Shown here: positions 11,941-22,835 of the stretch, piece after piece
Layout: every line of letters begins with the position of its first letter
Numbering within the stretch: the stretch's first letter is position 1
Assembly (NCBI RefSeq): GCF_006345805.1
Contig: NW_021834974.1
Location: 1 to 43,576, forward strand
Source of the DNA: Octopus sinensis
Taxonomy: Eukaryota
Direction of reading: 5' to 3'
Length of the DNA stretch: 43,576 nt
The notes under the pieces: generated by a model
Database searches by the model: none
What the model was told of the DNA's origin: nothing
What the model saw: only the letters and a program-made list of their open reading frames with translations
Translations under genes and position numbers: made by a program

Positions 11941-12259
11941 TATGGTATAATTACATATTATATTTTATATTTTATATTTCTATTTCCTTGTCTAATTATA
12001 TTCACAATATATTTTGTATAATGCCTTTACTGTTATGTAATGGTGTAATAAAGTATTGATTGGGTATCATCTGTTGTTTGATGTTTGATTGATTTAAGTA
12101 TGTTTCTCCATTTTCTAATTTTGTAGTATATATATACATATATATATGTACATATATATATGTGTGTGTATGTATATATATGTATATGCATATAGATGTA
12201 TGTATATACATATGTATATATATATGTGTATATATATATGTATATATATATATATGTAT

Positions 12260-12290
<31 letters not shown>

Positions 12291-12329
12291 ATATATATAT
12301 ATATATATTATATATATATATATATATAT

Positions 12330-12960
12330 AATTGTAATTATGAGCATAATGAATTTAATTTATTACCAGTGGTTAGCATGCATAAATGAAAGTCATAAGA
12401 CATAACATTTTTAAAAATATAAAGTATATAAAATAATTTATACACAGAGAGGAGACCTTTGACTCTTGACTCTAGTCGCTACATGCTAGAATGGGTAATT
12501 AAAACCCAAACCACGTAAAAAAGAATTCTTGAGGCACGCCGTTATAATACCAGAATGACCAAAAAACGAATTAATTAATCCCGAACTCGAGTTTCTCTAT
12601 TAATTGCCAAATTAACTAATTTGGAGTCTGTAGATCGTCGGCGAGATAGTTAATTAATGAATAATTAAGCAGTTGCTAATACGTAGCGAAAACGCTTGCG
12701 CAAGAGAGCTACATCTTTATCCATTATGGATTCAAATTTAGTGTGCAAGAGTAAACATATAGTCCAGTAGTAAATAAATAAATTTAAACCTCTGTCCTGT
12801 ATAGCCTCAGAATTATAAATATTACTATAGTAAAAATGGGGGTAATAAATTAAAATATTTCATTACCACTGGTTAGCATGCATAAATAAAAGCCATAAGA
12901 CATAACATATTAAAAATATACATTGTATAAAAGACCTTTGACCGGACTCTTTACATACGC
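12330..12960 (-). mobile_element. Probable Penelope pLTR-type element with partial tandem duplication
   Basis: ~70-bp direct repeats (attacca.tggttagcatgcataaat.aaag.cataagacataacat at ~12362 and ~12862) around a minus-strand hammerhead. Confidence 0.6.
12578..12647 (-). ncRNA. Type I hammerhead, U4C core variant
   Basis: atctcg-CCGACGA-tcta[hairpin ccaaatt/aatttgg]taga-GAAA-ctcgag-TT^cgggat. Palindromic stem III; stem I extends via ttaattaa. Confidence 0.8.
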
Positions 12961-13034
12961 ATATTCACATTTCAGGGGAAACTTAATTCATAGTAATAAA
13001 TCTCTGAACGAGATATAAACAGTAACCGCTCGAC

Positions 13035-13272
13035 AACGTAAGGTGTGTTAGCCATCTGAATGTGGCTAGCCACTGGGGGTGGGGTGTTACTGATGCTTTT
13101 AGCCCCAGGCGATCAACGTCACCAGAAGGACTTTAGACACTATCATAACACAAGGGCACTGAGATAGTGTCTAAAGTCCTTCTGGTGACGTTGATCGCCT
13201 GGGGCTAAAAGCATCAGTAACACCCCACCCCCAGTGGCTAGCCACATTCAGATGGCTAACACACCTTACGTT
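13035..13272. repeat. Perfect inverted repeat, 110-bp arms, 18-nt loop
   Basis: 13035-13144 is the exact reverse complement of 13163-13272. Direct repeat ttaattcatagta at 12983-12995 and 13271-13283. Confidence 0.97.
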
Positions 13273-13363
13273 AATTCATAGTATTTTCCCATTATGCTAC
13301 AGTTTGGCCGGGTAACATTGCAAGCAAGCAAGATTCAAACTCACTTTTAATGTATTATAGATT

Positions 13364-13606
13364 TATAAGTTAAAGAATGGAAAAATAATTAACCATGGCA
13401 GGACTATGGCATTTAAATTTACTTAGTTTAGTTTTAATTTAAGAGAGTTAAAGCTAATGCAATGTAGAAGTGATGGATTTGGAGATCATATCTATTAATC
13501 CTACCGACACTGCATTAGTATGACCTCGCTTAAATTAAACGAAACTAAGAAAATTTAAATGCTATGGTCTTGCATTATTAATTGTTTTCCGATTCTTGAG
13601 CTTATA
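13364..13606. repeat. Old imperfect foldback/MITE-like palindrome, ~105-bp arms
   Basis: gcatttaaatttacttagttt..ttaatttaag pairs with cttaaattaa..aaactaagaaaatttaaatgc; ends tataag/cttata. Confidence 0.8.
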
Positions 13607-13809
13607 CCTACGGACTCAAAGGTAGGCTACTGTTTGCCGGTATTCTCTTAACTAGACATTTGTGCTACCACAACTCGAGACCCTATTTGAACTAGCATCC
13701 TAGCGGGTTGCCAAATGGACCGCTCAGACATACCTGTTAGTTTGGGTTACCTTGATCTACAATCTGCATCTGCATGTATGTATGTATGACCCCGCTGTCC
13801 AGCATTCGC

Positions 13810-13998
13810 CATGATAGATCGCTAGCCACTAAACCTTTTTCTATTTCTCTCCTTGTTTATTTCTGTGTGACTTTCTGTTGAAGAGCGTAGGCTCGAAACG
13901 TAAAAGACTTTCTCACTTCCCGAGCGTTAAACTAATACATCTTCTTGTTGTTTACACGCCCGTCTTCGTGTTTTGTTTTTTTCTCACAAATTTTCACT
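13810..13998 (+). mobile_element. Third copy of the 7088/7360 pLTR family, HHR-like motif at 13871-13906
   Basis: cttt-CTGTTGA-a-gagc-gtag-gctc-GAAA-c-GTA^aaag. Confidence 0.72.
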
Positions 13999-14070
13999 AT
14001 GTATGTATGTATTTATGTATATACATATGTATGTATGCATGTATATATATGTATGTATTATATATGTATG

Positions 14071-14116
<46 letters not shown>

Positions 14117-14123
14117 GATAAAT

Positions 14124-14192
<69 letters not shown>

Positions 14193-14221
14193 TGTATGTA
14201 TGTATGTATGTATGTATGTAT

Positions 14222-14415
14222 GTCTTTGTACGTGTCACCCACCACAGCTGTTGGTGTGTTTATGTCCTGTAACTTTGTTCTTTGGCAAAATTGACCGAAA
14301 GGATAAGTACTAAGCTTAAAAAGAAAAAAACTGGGGTCAATTCATTTGACCTAACTTCTTCAATGCGGCGCCCCAGCATGGCCGCAGTCTAATGACTGAA
14401 ACAAGACACAAGAAG
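14222..14415 (+). mobile_element. SINE family A 3' half
   Basis: gaccgaaaggataagtact..ggggtcaattcatttgac..ccccagcatggccgcagtctaatgactgaaacaag. Confidence 0.8.
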
Positions 14416-14477
14416 AAGTATGTTGTCCGATGTGCTAACGGTTGAGCCAGCGCGTCACCTTTATAATAGAATTATTC

Positions 14478-14683
14478 CTTTCTAAAAAAGTCACAAGCCT
14501 TGAATTATGTGGGGGGGGGGCGGAGGGACTAGTCGATAAACCCACTGGTACTTAATTTATTGACCCCGAAAGGATGAAAGGGACAGTCGACCTCGGCGGA
14601 ATTTGAACTAAGAACGTAAAGGTTGGCGAAATGCCGCTAAGTATCTTGCCCTAGGCGCTAACCTTTGAGCCAGCGTATCGCCT
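14478..14683 (-). mobile_element. SINE family B
   Basis: ctggtacttaatttattgaccccgaaaggatgaaagg..gtcgacctcggcggaatttgaact. Confidence 0.85.
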
Positions 14684-14713
14684 TACTAATACTACCACTA
14701 CTACTACTACTAG

Positions 14714-14745
<32 letters not shown>

Positions 14746-14778
14746 ATAATAATAATAATAATAACAATAATAATAATA

Positions 14779-15312
14779 AGTGGCTCTCATAGCTTCTGAT
14801 CTTAACTGATTGGAAGTGTTATCATGTACATTGTTTTGTCTTGGTATAAAAGATGGGCTACAGCAAATATTCTGCTCAATACCACAGATTTGCTTGTCAG
14901 TTGTATGACCTTAACCAGTTGAGCATGTCCCTTAGTGGCTGACGATATGTGCATCTCTGATCACGAGCAGAAGTAGTGGGGGAGCATCATAGTCATGTGT
15001 TGAGAAGGATTCTTTGGGGTTTGAATAATTCACCTCTGGAAACATGGGTGGTTCTTTCAACGTCCTTAAACAACCCTTATTCAGGGACCTTTTGAGCGGG
15101 ATGGGCTACTCAATCTGAAGAAAATTCTAACTGGGCCCCACCTGCAAGGTCATGCGCTGTTTATCTTGATATGAGATCACCATGTCGCGCACATATGGCT
15201 GTGATGCATGTGCCTGGTGTACCCTTATCAGACGGGTAGTCATGATGGGTATACTGGGCTTCGTATATTTTACCTCAGTGTCACTTTGATGGCATGAACT
15301 ACTCTCTCACTC

Positions 15313-15313
<1 letters not shown>
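14779..15313 (+). mobile_element. Non-coding (TAA)n-associated retroposon, family C
   Basis: ~535 bp, reverse complement of 26472-27005. Flanked by (TAA)n; no ORF and no clear pol III boxes. Strand inferred from the TAA tail and a 3'-only stub at 22781-22803. Confidence 0.85.
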
Positions 15314-15346
<33 letters not shown>

Positions 15347-15804
15347 TACTTCGCCTCCCCGCCGAACTTGCGGGCCTTGTACCAAAATTCGAAACCAATA
15401 TTAATCCATATTTCCTTTTGAAAGTGTCAGCTTGGCCTAACGTATAGGGAGTTGCTCTCACGGTTGCAAGAGCGTGGTTTCGTTTCCCGGGCTGGGTGGC
15501 TTCTTTCGTCATTGACCTAAACATGCCGCCCTTCCATGTTGCACCAATCTGAACAGCTGTAAATGAATGACATTATGCTGATAGCATTCCTTTTAAGGGA
15601 AGAAATCTCATGAAATCGGTCAATTACACTCCATGGAAACCGAGTGACTGCCTCCATGTTTCCTAGTCCTCGACGTCGACACCCCAAAGTCCACACACAC
15701 ATTACTTTGAATGATCGGAGGGACTCTTAGTAATAACTAGGCCCATCCAGTCCTTCTTCCTCTAGACACCAACCATCGTGATTTCCCCCATCCTTGACAA
15801 TATA

Positions 15805-16363
15805 TTGGCTTGCTCGAAAAGTTCGTGCCGATTTATAGTAGCTTACCTTTTGACTTATTTTAGAACATGGTTGAATCCACAAGAGTCCATAGGATTTGAC
15901 TACACGTCCATTTAGAGCAGAGTTTAAGGAAGAAGGTTTATGTTCCATTAACCTGTGTTAATTCTGTAACCCTTTAAAATGGAAGATAAGACAGTTCATT
16001 TTCGGCACTTGATGCTTTGGGAACCAGACAAAAATTGCTGCAGCTCGGCTGGGATGTGTAACCCCACACTCCATATTCACCAGATATTGCTCTTTCGGAT
16101 TTCCACTTATTCAGGTCTCTGCAGAATAGTCTTAATTGTAAAAATTTCAATTCCTTGGATGACATAAAAAGATACCTTGATGAATTATTTGCCATGAAAC
16201 TCAATCAATTCTGGGAAGAGGGTATTTTCAAGTGAAAGGAAAGATGGAGACGCATTGTGCAACAAAATGGTTCAAATTTGGTTGATTAAAAATATAATGG
16301 CAAGTATTTATTGACCTTCTTTCTTTCCTTTACAAATCGGCACGAAATTTCCGGACAACCCAA
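15805..16363 (+). mobile_element. Internally deleted mariner (non-autonomous)
   Basis: ~30-bp TIRs (consensus TTGGGTTGTCCGGAAAGTTCGTGCCGATTT), TA at left. N-terminus MEDKTVHFRHLMLWE is fused to the C-terminal PHTPYSPDIALSDFHLFRSLQ. Confidence 0.93.
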
Positions 16364-16627
16364 CATTTCCTAAAAGTTTCCGACTGACAGTAGTTTAACC
16401 CAGGACTTAAGTGATACACTTTTCTGTAGACTCAACAAAAGCAACAACAACAACAATACCAAAATATCTTACATGAAAGGGGAAAAAAACAAAACACCTT
16501 GTGTTCCTATGTGTGACATCTCTATTATTAATCCACTCTTCCGTCCTATAAAACCACCAAGGGATTAAGCAGCCCAGGGGTATATACATACATATATATA
16601 TACATATATATATATAATATATATATA

Positions 16628-16671
<44 letters not shown>

Positions 16672-17055
16672 TATATATATATAATATATATATATATATA
16701 ATATATATATATATACATACATATATATATATGTTCTTTTTTTCTCTCTGTACTCATCATGATTGATCGCTTTTGTTTTCGCCCTGTTAATCTCAGAAAC
16801 AATTGAAGTTATAGACCTGATTAAACAGGGTTCATTAGATTTCATACAACGACCGATGATATTGGATTTTTTGCTTTTTTTCGGACGCCCATTGTGTTTC
16901 CTTATCTCTTTCTGTTTGTGTAGTATTCATAGCGATCAGCTCTATTTAACATGTCATATGTTAGACGACAACCAAAGGAGGTATTAGAAACGAAATCAGT
17001 TACACGAGAAATGAAATTCAATAGAAATATGTTCGCTCTTCCAAACTCTACCCCT

Positions 17056-17059
17056 TTAC

Positions 17060-17093
<34 letters not shown>

Positions 17094-17480
17094 TCACACA
17101 CATACACACACTCACAACACTTACACACGCACACTCACACACACACACACTCACACACACACTCACACACACACTCACACACACACTCACACACACACTC
17201 ACACACACACACTCACTCACACACACACACTCACACACACACACACACACTCCCACAAACACACCCACTCAAACACACTCCCACACACCCACACACACTC
17301 ATACACATACACACTCACACACATACACTTCCACACACACACACTCCCACACACACACACATAAACACAAACTCACACACACACACACACAGACACACAC
17401 ACACAGACACACTCGCACACATACACTTCCACACACACACTCAAACACACCTACACACACCCACACACACTCATACACAA
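17056..17480. repeat. (CA)n / (CACACACACT)n microsatellite
   Basis: Seen directly. Confidence 0.97.
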
Positions 17481-17796
17481 GGATACAAGGCAATAGAATG
17501 CAGTTTCAAATATTGCTGAATAGTAATAACTAGAAGTACGAAATATTAGAATTATCAGGACAAAATAGATATTGAAAAAATACTATATTTGTAGATGTCA
17601 TAGATATTAATAAAAAGTACAAGATGATGCAGGCCGCACATCTAGATGTAATACGAATAGAAACTAACATCAAATTCTGACCATACATGTGAGTATTGTA
17701 CGTAGTGTCTATTAATTAGTAGGGGCAAAATATATTCCGATATTGACTATAGCCGTGATATATTGGCTGGAAAGAAAAACCTGTCGTATTTCGAGT

Positions 17797-18210
17797 TACT
17801 CTTTTACTCTTTTACTTGTTTCAGTCATTTGACTGCGGCCATGCTGGAGCACCGCCTTTAGTTGAGGAAATCGATCCCAGGACTTATTCTTTGTAAGCCT
17901 AGTACTTATTCTATCGGTCTGTTTTGCCGAACCGCTAAGTTACGGGGACGTAAACACACCAGCATCGGTTGTCAAGCGATGTTGGGGATGACAAACACAG
18001 ACACACAAACATATACACATACATATATATGTATATACATATATACGACGGGCTTCTTTCAGTTTCCGTCTACCAAATCTACTCACAAGGCTTTGGTCGG
18101 CCCGAGGCTATAGTAGAAGACACTTGCCCAAGGTGCCACGCAGTGGGACTGAACCCGGAACTATGTGGCTGGTAAGCAAGCTACTTACCACACAGCCACT
18201 CCTGTGCCTA
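17797..18210 (-). mobile_element. SINE family A, full length
   Basis: A box TGGCTGTGTGG, B box GGTTCAGTCCC, CORE-like ccttgggcaagtg, internal TA/TG microsatellite, (gagtaaaa)n tail. Confidence 0.93.
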
Positions 18211-18267
18211 TGGGAAAGAAACAAACGCTTCGTGGGTCGCATCTGATATATTTAACCAACATAGTAT

Positions 18268-18783
18268 TCCTCCTCATTCCTGATAATGTAATCCCATCTA
18301 TTCAGCAATTTGATGATCCCTCGAGCGTAAAATTCTGCCGGTTTCGAAGCAAAGGAACACTTACCCACTTTAACATTGATAACAGTTTTCCCTCTAAATG
18401 ATGTTCCAAGGATCTGAAAAGTTGATAGTCAAATTGAACAAGTCCAGGAGAGGAAGGAGAATGGCGCAAAACTTCCATATCTTCTACTATGATGTTTTCT
18501 TGAGTGCCTTAAGCAATATTTACTCTTGCATATAAGGGTGCCGTTCCCAATGATGACGTAATTTTTTCTTGAAAATTTTGTGCAATGCTTTCAATTAACA
18601 GACACACCTTTCCTTAATATCTAATTTTGGATTCACTCCTCCTAATAGGCGACAGCCGTCATGGCCCACCAAAACATAGAGAATAACTGTTTCTGAGTGT
18701 AGTCCTGGTTTGCAGATAGATTCTTCTTTTTCATTTGGGGCTAATCATTGTGGTTTTCATTGCATATATAAATATATATATTC
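18268..18783 (-). pseudogene. Degenerate mariner transposase fragment (second family)
   Basis: LAPNEKEESICKPGLHSETVIL (HPKTVIL in the 20465-20626 copy), EVLRHSPSSPGLVQFDYQLFRSLEHHLEGK, FASKPAEFYARGIIKLLNRWDYII. Confidence 0.8.
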
Positions 18784-18925
18784 TTTTATTCTTTTACTTG
18801 TTTCAGTCACTTGACTGCGGCCATGCTGGAGTACCGCCTTTAGTCGAACAAATCGACCCCAGGACTTATTCTTTGTAAGCCTAGTACTTATTCTATCTGT
18901 CTCTTTTGCACAACTGCCAAGTACC

Positions 18926-19140
18926 TCGCCTTACGAACAGAACAACATTGGAGGGACAAAAGGAAAGCGTAAACTCCGCATGCCCAGAGCCACCTTCTCG
19001 TCCTTAATCCTAACAGACCCGTTAGTACCTGATCTGCGGCAGAATCTCCCGAGAACCATCGGACTGATCTGCCACAGCCCGTCACAATGTGCCCCGGCTT
19101 CTTGTCCCACGTGATGTCCTTGGTCATCGTCGACAGATAT
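18926..19140 (+). pseudogene. RTE (BovB-like) LINE 3' end fragment
   Basis: YEQNNI..KRKLRMPRAT..ICGRI/TIGLICH resembles the C-terminal CxxCGR..IGLxSH knuckle. Followed by an RTE-like 3' UTR tgatgtccttggtcatcgtcgac. Confidence 0.6.
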
Positions 19141-19171
19141 CCTTATTGATCTTGCTATTGTTATTGTCATT

Positions 19172-19345
19172 ATGGCAGCAAGTTGGCCGAATCGTTAGCA
19201 TACGACACAAACTGCATTGCAGCTTTTCGTCCGCTTTTACGTTCCGAGTTCTAATTCTACTGAGATCATCCTTTCGGGGTCTATAAAATGAATACCAGTT
19301 GAGCATTTTCCCCAAAATTTCAGTCCTTGAACCCATTACAGAAAG
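19172..19345 (+). mobile_element. SINE family B, degraded
   Basis: ggcagcaagttggccgaatcgttagca..tacgttccgagttctaatt..catcctttcggggtc. Confidence 0.8.
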
Positions 19346-19597
19346 GATTATAATAACTATTATCGTTTTTATTCCACTGAGATCGAGTTTGCCCTTCATG
19401 CATTCGAATTGATATCATGAAATATCACATGTACACCCAGTTCGAAATAAACCACTTGCTCCTTTCCCAAAATTTTCATAATTTCTGCTTCGAGTAGAAT
19501 GGTCAATAGTCTTCTTGTTAAAGTTGCTAGTAATGTTCTTCTTCATGCTGTCGTCGCAATTGCTGTATCTATCACTTGGAGATAATTAAGATTGTCT

Positions 19598-19951
19598 TAC
19601 TCTTTTACTCTTTTACTTGTTTCAGTCATTTGACTGCGGCCAAATCGACCCCGGGACTTATTCTTTGTAAAGCCCAGTACTTATACTATCGGTCTCTTTT
19701 GCCGAACCGCTAAGTTACGGGGACGTAAACACACCAGCATCGGTTGTCAAGCAATGCTAGATGGACAAACACAGACACACAAACATACACACATACATAT
19801 ATATATATACATATATACGACGGGCTTCTTTCAGTTTCCGCCTACCAAATCCACTCACGAGGCTATAGTAGAAGACACCATCCAAAGGTGTCACGCAGTG
19901 GGACTGAACCCGGAACCATGTGGTTGGTAAGCAAGCTGCTTACCACACAGC
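19598..19951 (-). mobile_element. SINE family A with two small deletions
   Basis: Collinear with 17797-18210. Confidence 0.9.
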
Positions 19952-20070
19952 CTTTTTATCATTTCATTATTATATGTAAACCCCAACACTTTATATGTGT
20001 CTTTGTATTGTCCCTCTCAACCTTCACCCTTGTGGCAAAAAAATTAAACCATCATTACTATTATTATTAA

Positions 20071-20268
20071 GGTGGCGGTTTAGGAGACGTATTAGTGTGT
20101 CGATCAAAATGTTTACCGGTAGTTCCGTTCGTTTTGAGTGTAAATTCAATCAACATTGACTTTGCTTTCCATCGGTTCGGAATCAATAAGATAAACCCCC
20201 AGCTACACACTGGAGTCGAGGCAATCAACTAGCCATCTCCTCTCAATACTGCCGGCCTAGTGACAAAA
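20071..20268 (+). mobile_element. SINE family B, degraded
   Basis: ggtggcgg..gactttgctttccatc..tacacactggagtcga..gccggcctagtgacaaaatt. Confidence 0.7.
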
Positions 20269-20984
20269 TTAAAAAAAAAAGAAAAAATCTTTTGTGACCG
20301 GTTGTTGCAGATGAGTCCGATGGTACTTGGCAGTTGGGCACAAGAGACCGATAGAATAAGTACTAGGCTTACAAAGAATAAGAATCCTGGGGTCGATTTG
20401 TTCGACTAAAGGCGGTGCTCCAGCATGGTCGCAGCCAAATGACTGAAACAAGTAAAAGAATAAAAGAATATATATATTTATATATCCAATGAAAACCACA
20501 ATAATTAGCCCCAAATGAAAAAGGAGAATCTATCTGCAAACCAGGACTACACCCAAAAACAGTTATTCTCTATGTTTTGGTGGGCCATGACGGCTGACAC
20601 CTGTTAGGAGGAGTGAATCCGAAATTCGTTCGACTGGAAGCAGGCATTCCAGCATGGCCGCAGCCGAATAACGAAAGAAGTAAACGATAAAAAATAAAAG
20701 CTAAGGACAATTTAGAATTTGGATCGAACATAGATAGGAACATGTATACGTAATTATATTAAGGTAATTGACTGAAAGACAAAGGCAGCTGTTGTAGGAA
20801 GGGATATGAAAATAATGCGTAAATGAGAAAAGAAACGAACGTGGAGACAGAAAGAGAATTAACTTTCATAAATGATTAGCGTAAATTATTCTGAGATGTG
20901 ATCTTTTCTGGTAAACTTTTATTAATGGGCGATAGTAAAGAGAACGGGGATGGGGTGGAGGTAGTGGTAGGCATGGTGGAAAAC

Positions 20985-21995
20985 TTTGTGGGAGAGAGGT
21001 AGAGGGGGAGAGATGGGGGTGAAAGAGAGAGGGAGATAGAGGGAGAGGGAGGGAGAGAGGGAGTGTATGTGAGGGAGAGAGGGAGATAGAGGGAGAGGGA
21101 GGGAGAGAGGGAGTGTGTGTGAGGGAGAGAGGGAGATAGAGGGAGAGGGAGGGATAGAGGGAGAGGGAGAGAGAGAGGGAGGGAGAGAGGGAGAGGGAGA
21201 GAGAGGGAGTGTATGTGAGGGAGAGAGGGAGATAGAGGGAGAGGGAGGGATAGAGGGAGAGGGAGAGGAAGGGAGGGAGAGAGGGAGAGAGAGGGAGAGA
21301 AGGAAAAAGAGGGAGAGAAGGAGAGAGAGGGAGAGAGGTAGTGCGTGTGTTGGAGGGAGAAAGACAGACAGAGACAGAGACAGATAGATTGTGTGTGTGT
21401 GAGAAAGAGAAAGTGAGAGAGTGAGAGAGAGAGGTAGTGTGTTTGTGTGTGAGAAGGAGAGAGACAGACAGACAGACAGAGAGAGAAAGTGTATGTGAGA
21501 GAAAGAGAAAGTGAGAGAGTCAGGGAGAGGGGTAGTGCGTAGGGGAGAGAGGGAGGTAGTGCGTGTTTGTGTGTGGGAGGGAGAGAGAGAGACAGACAGA
21601 GACAGAAACAGATAGACTGTGTATGTGTGAGGGAAAGAAATAGAGAGTGAGAGAGTGTGTGTGTGTATGTGTAAGAGAGAGACAGATAGACAGTGACAGA
21701 GAGAGAGAGTGTGTGCGTGAGAAAGAGAAATAAAATGAGAGAGTGTATGCGTGTGTGAGAGGGAGAGGTAGTGTATATGTGAGAGAGAGAGACAGACAGA
21801 CAGAGACAGAGATTGTGTGTGTGTGAGAAAGAGAGAGTAGTTGTGTGTGTGTGAGAGAAAGAGAAACAAAGTGAGAGAGTGTGTATGTGAGAGAGAGAGG
21901 TAGAAGTGTATGTGTGAGAGAGATAGACAGACAGAGACAGACAGAGCGTGTGTGTGTCTGAGTAAAAGAGTGAGAGAGTGTGTGCGTGCGTGTGC

Positions 21996-22032
<37 letters not shown>

Positions 22033-22040
22033 GTGTGTGT
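20985..22040. repeat. Polypurine (GAGGGA/GA)n tract grading into (GA)(GT) compound microsatellite
   Basis: Seen directly; internal block duplications at ~21121 and ~21217. Confidence 0.95.
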
Positions 22041-22049
22041 GCTTCTTTG

Positions 22050-22438
22050 ATAACGTTATCAAAGAAGCTTGAGAGGCGGTTGGATGGAACCTACACTCGC
22101 CTCCTAATGAGAGCTCAAAATCTCTCGTGGAAGCGTCATCCAACCAAAATGCAAATATATGGGAAGCTACCACCTGTGTCATCTCTTGTGAAAGGCAGGA
22201 GAGTCCAGTTTGCTGGACATTGTTGTAGAGCTGAAAAAGAGGTAATTTCTACTCTTCTCCTCTGGAAGCCATCTACTCGCGATACCAGAGTGCGCACACT
22301 CTCCTACCCTGATGTAATCTCCAGGGATACAGGCATCCAGCAACAGGACCTCCGTAATGCCATGATGGACCGTGAAGTCTGGCGTAGCATGGTAAATTCC
22401 ATTGTCTCGACCACGGTCGAACAATGATGATGATGATG
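22050..22438 (+). mobile_element. RTE-clade LINE 3' fragment with (TGA)n tail
   Basis: Uninterrupted TLSKKLERRLDGTYTRLLMRAQNLSWKRH..RRVQFAGHC.R..AMMDREVWRSMV..EQ*, then tgatgatgat. Confidence 0.9.
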
Positions 22439-22835
22439 TGTGTGTGTGTGTCTGTGTGAGTGTGTGTGATGTGCATTATGTTCTCTTCTGCATTTAGTTT
22501 CGTGTGATATTCCTGTAAAGAAGGAGCTGGTTTCTCAGAAACATGCAAAGCCCCATCGTTCGAATGGATGTAACGAAAACAATGTCCCATTTTCTATTTG
22601 AGAAGTGTCTGCCAAATTTTTACTGTTCTACTTATAGAACCTCTTCGTATTTACATTTGACTGATATTCGTACTCATCTTTGTTATTAACACGTTTCGAC
22701 TTTCATTAGGTGTCTTAGGGAAATTTCGAACCTGGGTTCTCATTCCTAAGGTATTTTTCAATGTTTATTATTATTATTATTGAGTGAGAGAGCAGTTCAT
22801 GCCTATCATTATTATTATTATTATTATTATTATTA

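Larger units (their letters stand above)
7635..12126 (+). mobile_element. Penelope-like element (Naiad-like), 5'-truncated, inserted in (TA)n
   Basis: RT, thumb and GIY-YIG coding region, a ~2.6-kb T-rich 3' region and a terminal hammerhead. Bounded by TA microsatellites. Confidence 0.85.
18623..20626. repeat. Inverted duplication, ~300-bp arms (18623-18925 / 20322-20626)
   Basis: Both arms contain the same mariner-fragment/SINE-A junction. Confidence 0.92.

Noticed and set aside
7639-12126. Selenocysteine recoding as known in some Naiad PLEs
   Set aside because: The breaks I traced are frameshifts or TAA stops, not in-frame TGA at Cys positions, and I saw no convincing SECIS.
14779-15000. 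HDV-like ribozyme at the family C 5' end
   Set aside because: Possible P1 pairings exist (GTGGCTC/GGGCTAC), but no P3/L3/P1.1 arrangement could be fitted.
16740-16990. Possible internal exon (polypyrimidine-cag ... gag/gtatta)
   Set aside because: Weak donor and no recognisable protein in any frame.
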